Of a stretch of DNA of 64,000 nt, positions 17,390 to 26,530 are shown piece after piece; the stretch's first letter is position 1, and each line of letters begins with the position of its first letter. The translations under genes and the position numbers were made by a program. Origin of the DNA: Methanofastidiosum sp. GTDB lineage: Archaea > Methanobacteriota_B > Thermococci > Methanofastidiosales > Methanofastidiosaceae. The DNA lies in the NCBI GenBank assembly GCA_035362715.1, contig DAOSDU010000005.1:19338-83337 (forward strand), read 5' to 3'. The notes beneath the pieces are model-generated. The model made no database searches. It was not told the DNA's origin and saw only the letters and a program-made list of their open reading frames with translations.

Positions 17390-17806
17390 TTATTCTCCAA
17401 TTATTTTTATTAATACTCTCTTTTTTCTTTGCCCGTCAAACTCCCCATAATAGATCTCTTCCCAGGGGCCAAAATCTAATTTTCCGTTAGTAATAGCAAT
17501 CATGACTTCTCGCCCCATGAACTGTCTTTTTATGTGCGCATCACCATTTGTCTCTCCGGTTCTGTTATGCCTATAAAGTTCAGGGTTATAAGGGATGTTT
17601 TTTTCTAGCCAGTCTTTAAAGTCTTGATGTAAACCTGTTTCAGCATCATTAATGAAAACACTTGCAGTTATGTGCATAGCATTTACAAGACACAATCCTT
17701 CTCTTATTTGGCTCTCAGCCAAAGTTTCTTCGACTAGTGAAGTGATATTAATGAATTCAACTTTACTTTTTGTGTTAAACCATAGTTCTTTTCTATAACT
17801 CTTCAT
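17390..17806 (-). CDS. YjbQ/UPF0047-family protein (secondary thiamine-phosphate synthase family)
   Basis: 138 aa. Matching segments: [34 protein letters not shown] and YGEFDG.R.R. Confidence 0.85.
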   Translation of the reverse strand: MKSYRKELWFNTKSKVEFINITSLVEETLAESQIREGLCLVNAMHITASVFINDAETGLHQDFKDWLEKNIPYNPELYRHNRTGETNGDAHIKRQFMGREVMIAITNGKLDFGPWEEIYYGEFDGQRKKRVLIKIIGE

Positions 17807-17870
17807 AATCTCAAATAATAGTATTTGTTTAAAATTTTAATTATTGGGCTAGTTTGTTTAATTAGATTAA

Positions 17871-17896
17871 TCATGTGGGGGTTGCACTCCCCACAT
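17871..17896. repeat. Perfect 9-bp GC-rich inverted repeat (CATGTGGGG-N8-CCCCACATG) in an AT-rich intergenic spacer
   Basis: Read directly from the sequence: 17871-17879 is the reverse complement of 17888-17896. The repeat lies between the usp stop (18025) and the yjbQ start (17806), both on the minus strand. Confidence 0.7.
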
Positions 17897-18024
17897 GGCC
17901 TGCACAAAATATACTAGGAAAAGGTGATGTTTTGCGCAGTTATGTGGAAAATAGATAGCTATTTTAAAAATATATTGTTTCTTTTATAACAATATATTCT
18001 CAGAATGTCAACTGTCAAACATTC

Positions 18025-18480
18025 TTATCGGACTACCATGACTGAAGACGATGCATTGTGGAGTACTTTCTCAGAAACGCTGCCTAAGAAAATCCTGTCT
18101 ATAGCTGATATGCCCTTTGCCCCCATCACAATCAAATCGTCTTTTTTTGATATTCTTATAATTTCTTCATCGGGAGATCCTTCTAATATCTTTTTGGTGA
18201 TTGTTAATCCAACTTTAGAAGCCATTTCTTCTATTTCGTCTAATACTAAAGCTCCTTCCTTCTTCATTTTTTTTCTGATTTCTTTTATCTCGGTATCGTC
18301 CGTATAGATTACTGGAGAATATGGTGGGCCAACATAAGCGCTTATAGGTACATGTACTACATATAAGGTAATTAACTCAACATCCATTTTCTTTGCCAAA
18401 TATATTGCTTTTTTTGCAGACCTCTTTGACGATTCAGAACCGTCAACAGGCGTTATTATTCTCTTAAATTCTTTTTCCAT
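18025..18480 (-). CDS. Universal stress protein (UspA family)
   Basis: 151 aa. Usp hallmarks: ITPVDGSESS, DLIVMGAKG and GSVSEKVLHNASSSVMVV. Confidence 0.9.
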   Translation of the reverse strand: MEKEFKRIITPVDGSESSKRSAKKAIYLAKKMDVELITLYVVHVPISAYVGPPYSPVIYTDDTEIKEIRKKMKKEGALVLDEIEEMASKVGLTITKKILEGSPDEEIIRISKKDDLIVMGAKGISAIDRIFLGSVSEKVLHNASSSVMVVR

Positions 18481-18574
18481 CCTAATATATAAGAAAATGT
18501 ATCTTATAAATTTTACCTAGTGAAAAGGGTATTACTATGAAAAATCGTAAATACCACTTATATTTAAGCTATTC

Positions 18575-19054
18575 ATGAATAAAATTTACTTTTCAATGCC
18601 AGTAATATTTGTAGAGGATATCAAAGTTTCAAGGGAATTTTATCAAAATATCTTTTCTCTTGAAGTAGAAGCGGATTTTGGAGAAAATGTTGTATTTAAA
18701 AAAGCGTTTTCAATTTGGCAGAAAAAACGTGCAAATACAATAATTTTTGGAAACAAAATTATTAGTGAAAGAAAGGAAATTAATAATAATATCGAACTTT
18801 ATTTTGAGACAATCGATATTGAATCAATTTGGGAAAAAATATCTTCATCAAAAGTCGAGATTATCCACCCAGTCAAAGAAGAGCCTTGGGGCCAGAGAGT
18901 GCTTAGATTCTATGACCCTGACAAATTCATTATAGAAGTTGCAGAACCAATGAGTGAAGTAATTCAAAGATTACATCAATTAGGAATGTCCAAAAAGGAT
19001 ATTTCTATTAAGACGCAGATGCCATTAAAAGCTGTTAAAGAAATTATTTCGTGA
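18575..19054 (+). CDS. VOC-family (glyoxalase/bleomycin-resistance) protein with short C-terminal extension
   Basis: The FVEDIKVSREFYQNIF...EEPWGQRVLRFYDPDKFIIEV pattern is typical of the family. Confidence 0.8.
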   Translation: MNKIYFSMPVIFVEDIKVSREFYQNIFSLEVEADFGENVVFKKAFSIWQKKRANTIIFGNKIISERKEINNNIELYFETIDIESIWEKISSSKVEIIHPVKEEPWGQRVLRFYDPDKFIIEVAEPMSEVIQRLHQLGMSKKDISIKTQMPLKAVKEIIS

Positions 19055-19102
19055 AAAACAATTGTCACAAATCTTCTAGGTAATCATATTTAGATAAGCA
19101 TT

Positions 19103-19252
19103 CTACCCAGTCCACCCATATTCCACGAACTTTTTTTCTTTCCCGCATACCGGACATTTAAAAGTTCTAAGAATAAGATTATTTGAAATCTGTTTCTTCT
19201 CTAATTCATCCATGGGTACCCCATGCACATCACATTCATAATTTTTATTCAT
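19103..19252 (-). CDS. Small Zn-ribbon-like protein (49 aa); below the ORF-track size cutoff
   Basis: Hand translation gives MNKNYECDVHGVPMDELEKKQISNNLILRTFKCPVCGKEKKFVEYGWTG*. The metal-ligand arrangement would be CxxH...CxxC. It starts 9 nt after the stop of the upstream gene on the same strand. Confidence 0.4.
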   Translation of the reverse strand: MNKNYECDVHGVPMDELEKKQISNNLILRTFKCPVCGKEKKFVEYGWTG

Positions 19253-19260
19253 TTTATCAC

Positions 19261-19998
19261 CTATTCAGATCTCTTTGCGTATGTTTTATTACAAAAACTA
19301 CACTTGTAAAACTTAACATAATCACCGCGATAATCCCCTTCTCTTGTAAAATCTAAAATATTCCCACAATCTTTGCAATATTTTGGCTCTTCTTCTGTCT
19401 TGACTTCACTTTCGATATCCTTTATTGTATTTTTATCTGAGTTCTCATAAATTATTCTTTTTTTAATAATATTAAATTCATCTAGAGTTATTACATTATG
19501 TTTCCTTAATTCATTTAATCTTTCAAGGTTAGATATAATATCTTCTGTTTTGGCTTCATTTTCTTCCATGTTCTCATATTCGCTTACGTTTTCTGGAAAT
19601 TTTAAGTCAATGTTGGAATCATAATCTTCTTTATGGCCAAAATTTCCGTATATCCCGTTTCTTATAAGTCTGACAACGATTTCGGCATCTTCATGAGAAA
19701 GTCCCGAAATAATAACTTCGTCTGATTCAAATCTACTGTTTAGATAGATTTCCGTGGAGAGAACACCTTTTTTCATCCTAACATTTGATATATCTTTAAA
19801 GTGATAATCATTTACAAATTTTTTTAATCCAAAAATGCTGGGATCTCTAAAAATAATTCGGTAGTTTGTTATATAGATCTTGGCCGGAGTTGTGAAAGAG
19901 CCACCCTTCTTAACTCTTGATTGTTGTGCAGCGTGCAATACTTCTTCACTTGGAAGTAAAATGCTTTCAATATCCTTTTCAACTTTAAAATCTTCCAT
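19261..19998 (-). CDS. Bacterial-type PH (bPH/YdbS-like) + SHOCT + C-terminal Zn-ribbon protein
   Basis: The N-terminal region IYITNYRIIF...ISNVRMKKGVLSTEI is bPH-like. LERLNELRKHNVITLDEFNIIKKRI is SHOCT-like. The C-terminus carries CKDC...CSFC. Confidence 0.6.
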   Translation of the reverse strand: MEDFKVEKDIESILLPSEEVLHAAQQSRVKKGGSFTTPAKIYITNYRIIFRDPSIFGLKKFVNDYHFKDISNVRMKKGVLSTEIYLNSRFESDEVIISGLSHEDAEIVVRLIRNGIYGNFGHKEDYDSNIDLKFPENVSEYENMEENEAKTEDIISNLERLNELRKHNVITLDEFNIIKKRIIYENSDKNTIKDIESEVKTEEEPKYCKDCGNILDFTREGDYRGDYVKFYKCSFCNKTYAKRSE

Positions 19999-20058
19999 AT
20001 TCTCTATTATTATATGATGGATTAATATAAAAATATATTCAATGTTCTACTAAAAATA

Positions 20059-20328
20059 CTAATTGGCTTTTGCTTCTTGTTTAATCCCCCAAGGTATCCA
20101 AGTTACTGCTTGTAGAGTTCCTTCAAGGATTACAGATATCAAGAATATTGCAATGTTTTGATAAATGTTATAATTTGTTGCATAGAAGAATAGCCACAAT
20201 ATTAGGAAAATTAACCAAGTTGAAGCTAAAACTATTGATAGTACAATTCTCCCGGTAAAATTATAGTTTAACATTTTAGGATTATCTATGTAATCCATAA
20301 GCTTCACCTCAAAATTAGAATGTATCAA
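20059..20328 (-). CDS. Hypothetical membrane protein (two or three TM helices)
   Basis: 89-aa ORF that is strongly hydrophobic. No motif recognised. Confidence 0.4.
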   Translation of the reverse strand: MIHSNFEVKLMDYIDNPKMLNYNFTGRIVLSIVLASTWLIFLILWLFFYATNYNIYQNIAIFLISVILEGTLQAVTWIPWGIKQEAKAN

Positions 20329-20410
20329 AATTTATATCTCTTTCTGATTTGATTTGGAAGTTTGATAAAAAGAATTAAATAATGTCGCACATCTAACTTT
20401 TAGGGATAAT

Positions 20411-21085
20411 ATGCAAAAGCCAAAAATTATTATTCACAATACAATTAGTATTGATTCTTCAATAAAGAATTTTGAATGCAATGTAGGCCTTCACTATCAA
20501 ATTGCTGGAAACTATGAAGCGGACGCGCATCTTATTGGTTCGATGACAGCAAAAACTGGATTAGAGATGTACTCGGGCATAATTCCCCCAGAAAAAGAAC
20601 AGGATTTTAGAAAAAAAGAATTTGGAATAGATGACAAAAGACCCTTTTGGATAATAGTAGATACAAAAGGGAGACTTAAAGGCTTAATGCATATGTATCG
20701 AAGATTTGAATATTGCAAAGAAGTTATAGTTCTTCTATCTGCGGATTCGCCAGTAGATTATATCAATTATCTTAAAGAAAGAGATTATGAATACATTATA
20801 TCTGGTAAAGATCAAATTGATTTTCCTTTTGCCCTTGATACGTTATATACTAAATACAACATAAAAACAATATTAACGGATACAGGTGGAACTCTAAACT
20901 CTGTTTTATTGGAAAAGAAACTAGTTGATGAGCTAAGCCTGATTGTTACCCCATCTATTGTTGGTGAAAAGTCTCAATATTTATTTAAATCGTTACGAAA
21001 TACTAATACCCTAAATCTAAAATTAAATAGGGTAGAAGTACTGGAGAAGAATTTTGTTTTCATAAGATATGATGTCACCTATTAA
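20411..21085 (+). CDS. RibD C-terminal domain / dihydrofolate-reductase-like family protein
   Basis: KIIIHNTISIDSSI resembles the family's S.DG. motif. TDTGGTLNSVLLEKKLVDELSLIVTPSIVGE matches the conserved GG..l....l..LvDEl.l...P pattern. Confidence 0.7.
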   Translation: MQKPKIIIHNTISIDSSIKNFECNVGLHYQIAGNYEADAHLIGSMTAKTGLEMYSGIIPPEKEQDFRKKEFGIDDKRPFWIIVDTKGRLKGLMHMYRRFEYCKEVIVLLSADSPVDYINYLKERDYEYIISGKDQIDFPFALDTLYTKYNIKTILTDTGGTLNSVLLEKKLVDELSLIVTPSIVGEKSQYLFKSLRNTNTLNLKLNRVEVLEKNFVFIRYDVTY

Positions 21086-21708
21086 ATCTTTTTATGGATT
21101 TATTTTTTTTATATATAGACATATATACCAGACAGGAAAAAACTAATAGAATGATTAACACCAATTTATTTTTTTTAGGTATTAGTTTCTATTTAGTTTA
21201 GACTATTAATAAACAATTGATGTTTAAAATTAGATATTATTAATAATATAAATATATTTTTTAAAATTATAAATATAGTATAATAGATAATTTTAAATAA
21301 TCTAAGAATCATATTCAATGTTGCACAGGTCGAAACTTCACTAGACTAATGTTGAAGTAATTTCCTTATGATTACTTAGCTCCACTATATCAGGACCTAA
21401 AAATCCCGATATAGAAGCCCTGTAATCTTTTGGAACTAAACTCTAGTCATGGTCAAATCCTTAATCAAACATTGCGTTTGAAGGAAAGAAGAGGCATGCT
21501 TCATGCTTTTTTCTTTTGTCTCCTTGGATTTAGATTGTTTCGAGACGTCGAAACAAACTAGAGCCTTCACATATTCCAGTGAAGCGACAAACTGTGCATT
21601 TTTTTTATTATTAATCTCTTCAGAATAATCTGTTTTATAAATAATAGTCATAACATTTTTATATATTATTAATCTAGATATTAAGAGAATTTAATGGAAG
21701 GATAAAAT

Positions 21709-22362
21709 ATGAGAAGAATCGCTTTTTTTGGAATAGCATTAATTGCTATATTGTTAGTTTCAGGATGTGCAACAGAAACACCGATTGATGAACCGAAATC
21801 CACAGAGGAACCCAAAACTACAGAGCCCCCTGCAGAAACACCAGTTGAAGACCCTGAGCTCCCAGCACAAACAAATTTATGGAAGGCAGATGGGATTATA
21901 ACACAAAATGAATACAAGAACAGCAGAGAATTTGGAAGTGGAAGATTTACAGTATATTGGTCCAACGATGAGGAATATATTTACATGGCCTTGAAAGGTC
22001 AAACTTCAGGATGGGTCTCTATAGGGTTTGAACCGACTATTGCAATGAGAGATGCAGACATGATTTTTGGTTTTGTAAGTGAAGGAACCCCTACAGCCCT
22101 TGATCAATATTCTACTGGAGATTTTGGCCCCCATCCATCAGATGAGCAACTTGGTGGTACAAATGATCTAATCGAAATTAGTGGTAGTGAAGCAAGCGGA
22201 TATACAATTATAGAATTCAAACGCAAACTTAATACTGGAGACAAATACGATAAAGCATTTACTAAAGGCCAAAATATAACTATAATATGGGGTTTAGGAC
22301 CTTCGGATTCGATTAATGCTCTACATACACTAAGAGGTGGCGGTAGTATAAAATTAGATTAA
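21709..22362 (+). CDS. DOMON-like domain lipoprotein
   Basis: The signal peptide ends in VSGC, followed by a Pro/Glu/Thr-rich linker. YWSNDEEYIYMALKGQTSGWVSIGF...DMIFGFV...IIEFKRKL fits the DOMON/ethylbenzene-dehydrogenase-like fold pattern. Confidence 0.65.
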   Translation: MRRIAFFGIALIAILLVSGCATETPIDEPKSTEEPKTTEPPAETPVEDPELPAQTNLWKADGIITQNEYKNSREFGSGRFTVYWSNDEEYIYMALKGQTSGWVSIGFEPTIAMRDADMIFGFVSEGTPTALDQYSTGDFGPHPSDEQLGGTNDLIEISGSEASGYTIIEFKRKLNTGDKYDKAFTKGQNITIIWGLGPSDSINALHTLRGGGSIKLD

Positions 22363-22366
22363 TTTT

Positions 22367-22714
22367 TTATTTTTTCTTATTTTTATTAGTCAGCTCAACA
22401 TAATCTTCTCTAATGGGAAAGAATACATCTATAATGTTGCAATCTGTTAATGCAACCCCAGAATGATTTACATTAGGCAAAACTATCGCAACATCCCCCT
22501 GTTCCATTATTCTTTTTTCTGCTCCAACTTTGAACTCAAACTCCCCTTCGAGCATAGTTGCAACTTGTTCATGGGGGTGAGAATGATCGGGGAATATAGC
22601 TCCTGCTTGGATTTTCCAGTAAGCAAATGTCATGTTTTTTGAATGAACAAACTTAACTTTAATTTTTGGTAAAATATCTATCTCTTCTATATCATTAAGA
22701 TTATTAAAAGTCAT
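22367..22714 (-). CDS. Cupin-domain protein
   Basis: The HSHPHEQV...GD....P..HSG arrangement corresponds to cupin motifs 1 and 2. Confidence 0.85.
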   Translation of the reverse strand: MTFNNLNDIEEIDILPKIKVKFVHSKNMTFAYWKIQAGAIFPDHSHPHEQVATMLEGEFEFKVGAEKRIMEQGDVAIVLPNVNHSGVALTDCNIIDVFFPIREDYVELTNKNKKK

Positions 22715-22739
22715 AGGATCACCTGACTCTAGATATAGG

Positions 22740-23012
22740 TTATTTCTTAATAAGATTTTTGGAATTTAATAAATTTCTACTCAAGACTTTAATCAATCTA
22801 AAATGAAGTAATAAATGAATAAAAACAAATACACCCATTAATAACCCTGCCCACTCATGTATGAGAGTAGTCCAATAGGTAGAGAAGAATATACCAATTT
22901 TGGCAAAAAATAATAATGCCCCTTTAAATTTAATAACTCCTGTTAAAAAAGATATGAGAAATGTTATTCCCATTCCAATGTCAATATAATAGTTTATATG
23001 CGATCTTTTCAT
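22740..23012 (-). CDS. Small three-TM membrane protein with conserved His residues (DUF4405-like)
   Basis: IDIGMGITFLISFLTG, IHEWAGLLMGVFVFIHLLLH. The family assignment is tentative. Confidence 0.45.
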   Translation of the reverse strand: MKRSHINYYIDIGMGITFLISFLTGVIKFKGALLFFAKIGIFFSTYWTTLIHEWAGLLMGVFVFIHLLLHFRLIKVLSRNLLNSKNLIKK

Positions 23013-23206
23013 CTGCTCACTTGAAATTTAAAAATTTATTAGATTTCAATATAAATAATTAACTAGCATGAATAATGGCCAAAAATATTAAGGGAATTAT
23101 AAATTAGAAGATTATTTTTAAAGCTTCTAATCATGAGATATAAATCTCTGATTTCATAATCCTTAAATATCTAAAAATTAAATAGAAATTGACAAAAGGC
23201 CATAAT

Positions 23207-23692
23207 ATGAAATCAAGAAAAAGGATACGATGGAACAATAATGAAGAAGACTGGGATTGTGGAATTCAAGCACTACACAATTTGCATAAAATAACAGGGA
23301 CTAAAAAGAAAGTAAATCCACGGAAAATTAAAATAACAAAGAAGGAAGGAGTTTCGAGTTTTCTAAAATATAGAAAAGCTTTGAAAGAAGATCCCAAAGT
23401 AAAGCAACTAAAGGTAAAAGCAGAACCTAAACCAAAGGAAATAAAAGAATGGCTAGAAGAAGATAAACCAACTGGTAAAACACAAAATGTTGCAATTATC
23501 CATACGAAAGAGAAAAATGATAGATATGGCCACTTGTCTCTGGCATACAAGGCAGAAGGAAATGAAATTAGAATTGCAAACTTGGTAGATGAAAAGCCAA
23601 GTTCTAAAGTCCATATCAGAAAATTAAGTAATAAAAAGACTAAGTTGAAACGTGCTTATTTCTTAAAGGTAAAAAGAAAACAAAAGAATTAG
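23207..23692 (+). CDS. Lys-rich hypothetical protein with papain-like Cys...His arrangement
   Basis: From ATG 23207 the product contains [11 protein letters not shown] near the N-terminus and RYGHLSLAY...ANLVDE near the C-terminus. A very Lys-rich segment separates them. Confidence 0.5.
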   Translation: MKSRKRIRWNNNEEDWDCGIQALHNLHKITGTKKKVNPRKIKITKKEGVSSFLKYRKALKEDPKVKQLKVKAEPKPKEIKEWLEEDKPTGKTQNVAIIHTKEKNDRYGHLSLAYKAEGNEIRIANLVDEKPSSKVHIRKLSNKKTKLKRAYFLKVKRKQKN

Positions 23693-24207
23693 TTTTTGAT
23701 ATACATTTTTTTTATCAATACAGGCTCTTTAGGAACGTCATCGTGAAAAACTCCGTCAGGGGAGCTCCTAGAAGTTGTAGGCACAGTTTTGATTTTATCA
23801 ATTACTTCTGTTCCGTTGATTACTTTTCCAAAAACTGCGTATCCAAATCCTTGAGGTGTTGTGTTGACATGATCAAGGAAAGAGTTGTCTGCTACATTTA
23901 TGAAAAACTGAGAAGTTGCACTATCGACTATGCTAGTTCTTGCCATTGCTATTGAATATTTCTTATTCTTAAGTCCATTTGTTGCTTCATTTTTTATAGG
24001 TGGATTAGTTAATTTTTCTTTCATACTTGGGTCTAGCCCACCGCCTTGAATCATGAAGCCATCTATAACCCTATGAAATATTAGACCATCATAAAACCCA
24101 TCTTTCACATAACCTAAAAAATTTTCAACTGTGATTGGTGCTTTTTCAGTATCTAACTCAACTTCAAAATTTCCTTGAGACGTCTCAACTACAACTATTT
24201 TTGACAT
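23689..24207 (-). CDS. ppiB: Cyclophilin-type peptidyl-prolyl cis-trans isomerase
   Basis: [32 protein letters not shown] and AVFGKVI.G are classical cyclophilin motifs. Confidence 0.92.
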   Translation of the reverse strand: MSKIVVVETSQGNFEVELDTEKAPITVENFLGYVKDGFYDGLIFHRVIDGFMIQGGGLDPSMKEKLTNPPIKNEATNGLKNKKYSIAMARTSIVDSATSQFFINVADNSFLDHVNTTPQGFGYAVFGKVINGTEVIDKIKTVPTTSRSSPDGVFHDDVPKEPVLIKKMYIKN

Positions 24208-24627
24208 TGAATCACCTAAACTAGCTATTTTGAATCTATTTAAAAATATAATGTGTGATAAATTTAAGAAAAGTACTTTATACTAAAATCCGTAGATTAT
24301 TCTTAGCATTGCCACAAATACTAAAGACACTATCCAAATACAAAAAGGCACTAGAAAGCCACTTTTTGTGAAACAACTTAGAGATGATCCGCTCATATAA
24401 ACTCCTCATTTTCTACATATATTATTGCAATAATTATATATAAATGTTTCGATATTGATAAGCAATAATATTAATTATTATCGTCAATCTTATCTAATAC
24501 ATCTAGTTTATTAAGAACTTGAAAACTATTTAAAAAGTTATGGACAACAGATTATTCGACAATCAACGTATGATGAAAACTCAAAAAATTTATAAATTGT
24601 CAAAATATTTATTAATGAGGTATATTT

Positions 24628-24843
24628 ATGTTAAATCAGATATCTTATTACCCCATCTTAGGCTATCCGTTTATACTCTACTTAGGAGTAATGGCTTTAA
24701 TTCTTTTCTTAATTGCCATTTCAATATCTACTGTTTTTAAAGGAAAAATAAAAAGTCACTTCAAAACACATAGAACAATTGCAATTATTTCCATAGTTAT
24801 TGCATTGATACATGGATTAATGGGAATATTGGCATATTTATAG
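24628..24843 (+). CDS. Hypothetical two-TM membrane protein
   Basis: 71-aa hydrophobic ORF. Preferred over the overlapping 24540-24740 ORF, which is low-complexity. Confidence 0.35.
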   Translation: MLNQISYYPILGYPFILYLGVMALILFLIAISISTVFKGKIKSHFKTHRTIAIISIVIALIHGLMGILAYL

Positions 24844-24847
24844 CAAC

Positions 24848-25459
24848 TTACTTGAGTTTTTCTTCCAATAACTTTCTAATTTTTATTAGTTCTTTTTTCA
24901 CATCGCCTTCATTCAATGATTCATAAGTTTCAACGGCCACAGGCCTTTTTCCCCTAACAAAATCCAAGATCATATCCCTGACTTCTGAATAATTTTTCAT
25001 GCCATCTATTTTTATTTCAGAAAAACCACCTGAAGCTGAAGATACAGAGTAACCCGCAGTTTGTATTTTTAGCGAAGCAATACCTAATCCTCTGGATATT
25101 GGCCCCTGCTTAATATCAATATTAGTAATCCTATTGTAGGGAACTACACCAATTGTTTTAAACCACACACCTCTGTTCCATGTAATTTCAGTTTCAGTCA
25201 TTTTGTAGACAATCGAAGAATAATATTTGGGTATCCAATAAAGGGTGAAAATAATAATAATAGCAATAGGAATTACTGTTATTGCAACAACAATTATTTT
25301 CACAGTTTGTGGAGAAAAGAAATAGACTACTACCATTGTAGGCAAGTACCAAGAAAGAATACCAAATACAAGAATTAGCAGTAAGTAAGTATAAAAAAGG
25401 TTTTTCAATTTTATCGAAGGCCAAAAATCTTGACCAATTTTAATAGCTGACTCTTCCAT
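24848..25459 (-). CDS. Membrane bPH-domain protein (YdbS/YdbT, DUF304-like)
   Basis: Two TM helices are followed by ITWNRGVWFKTIGVVPYNRITNIDIKQGPISRGLGIASLKIQTAG, which is the bPH_2 signature. Confidence 0.8.
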   Translation of the reverse strand: MEESAIKIGQDFWPSIKLKNLFYTYLLLILVFGILSWYLPTMVVVYFFSPQTVKIIVVAITVIPIAIIIIFTLYWIPKYYSSIVYKMTETEITWNRGVWFKTIGVVPYNRITNIDIKQGPISRGLGIASLKIQTAGYSVSSASGGFSEIKIDGMKNYSEVRDMILDFVRGKRPVAVETYESLNEGDVKKELIKIRKLLEEKLK

Positions 25460-25874
25460 GATTATTATTAGGATTAGTATTTTTTAACTTTACCGTTTCA
25501 CCACACTTGAATAACATCCAGTTCCTCTCTTGATCTTTGAATTTAATAAGACAATATTTCCCATTAAGTCTATTACCATTTAGATCTATTACTATCTTAT
25601 CTTTCTCATTTTCTATAAGTGCAAATGTTCCTTTATCCCATATTTCAACTTTCCCTGCGCCGTAATTTCCTTCAGGGATAGTTCCTTCGAAATTAGCATA
25701 ATCTAAAGGGTGATCTTCAGTATATACGGCTAGCCTTTTCACGCCCTTTACACTTGGGGGAATTTTTGGTATTGCCCAGGACTTTAATACCCCATCAATT
25801 TCTAATCTAAAATCATAATGAAGTCGTGTGGCGTCATGTTTATGTATAACATAAATTCTCTCTTTTTCAGACAT
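25440..25874 (-). CDS. Stand-alone LigD-type 3'-phosphoesterase (PE) domain protein
   Basis: YVIHKHDATRLHYDFRLE, SWAIPK and EDHPLDY..FEG.IP.G.YGAG matches the LigD N-terminal phosphoesterase domain. Confidence 0.85.
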   Translation of the reverse strand: MSEKERIYVIHKHDATRLHYDFRLEIDGVLKSWAIPKIPPSVKGVKRLAVYTEDHPLDYANFEGTIPEGNYGAGKVEIWDKGTFALIENEKDKIVIDLNGNRLNGKYCLIKFKDQERNWMLFKCGETVKLKNTNPNNNHGRVSY

Positions 25875-25959
25875 TTACCCACCTTTTTTTTATTAAAAGA
25901 TAGCGACATTGTATAATACGTTAAGCATATTTATTAAGTTTGAGCTCAGAATAAATATT

Positions 25960-26460
25960 ATGAAAATCAAGATATTCGTCACAGGAGGAACTTTTGATAA
26001 AGAATACAATGAGATCAAAGGAGAGCTATTTTTCAAGGATACGCATCTGCCTGAGATGCTTAACATGGGTAGGTGCAGAGTATCGGTAGATATTAGAACA
26101 TTGATGATGATAGACAGCCTTGATATGTCAAATGCAGATAGGAATATTATCCTTGAAAACTGCATAAATACAAAAGAAGAAAGAATATTGATAACTCATG
26201 GCACAGATACAATGATAGAAACTGCAAGATTACTGGCTAAAAATATTAATAACAAAACTATAGTTTTAACTGGGGCAATGATTCCTTATAAATTTGGGAG
26301 TTCTGATGGATTATTCAATCTAGGAAGCGCTCTTGCTTTTGCCCAAACTTTGCCGGTTGGTGTGTATATAGCCATGAATGGAAAATATTTTCCCTGGGAC
26401 AATGTTAGAAAGAATAAAGATCTCGGCGAATTCGAAGAGATAGAATATGATTTAATTTGA
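25960..26460 (+). CDS. Short asparaginase-family protein (single N-terminal-type domain)
   Basis: From ATG 25960 the product has IFVTGGTFDK and ITHGTDTM..TA motifs plus VLTGAM.P. At about 166 aa it is half the length of canonical L-asparaginases. Confidence 0.65.
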   Translation: MKIKIFVTGGTFDKEYNEIKGELFFKDTHLPEMLNMGRCRVSVDIRTLMMIDSLDMSNADRNIILENCINTKEERILITHGTDTMIETARLLAKNINNKTIVLTGAMIPYKFGSSDGLFNLGSALAFAQTLPVGVYIAMNGKYFPWDNVRKNKDLGEFEEIEYDLI

Positions 26461-26530
26461 TATTATCAATAATAATGAAATTAGATAATTTTATAATTCA
26501 ATTAAAGAACAAATATAAAATGGCGATCAG

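Noticed and set aside
21180-21300. The extreme AT tract as a DNA-unwinding element of a replication origin.
   Set aside because: There is no orc1/cdc6 gene nearby. I could not find repeated origin-recognition-box-like elements flanking the tract. AT tracts are common in this genome.
21436-21651. 71-aa minus-strand ORF in the long spacer.
   Set aside because: I found no recognisable motif and no SD-like sequence. The ORF overlaps hairpin elements, so there is not enough evidence to call a gene.
24222-24400. 37-aa hydrophobic minus-strand micro-ORF (MSGSSLSCFTKSGFLVPFCIWIVSLVFVAMLRIIYGF).
   Set aside because: It is too short and featureless to support without conservation or expression data.
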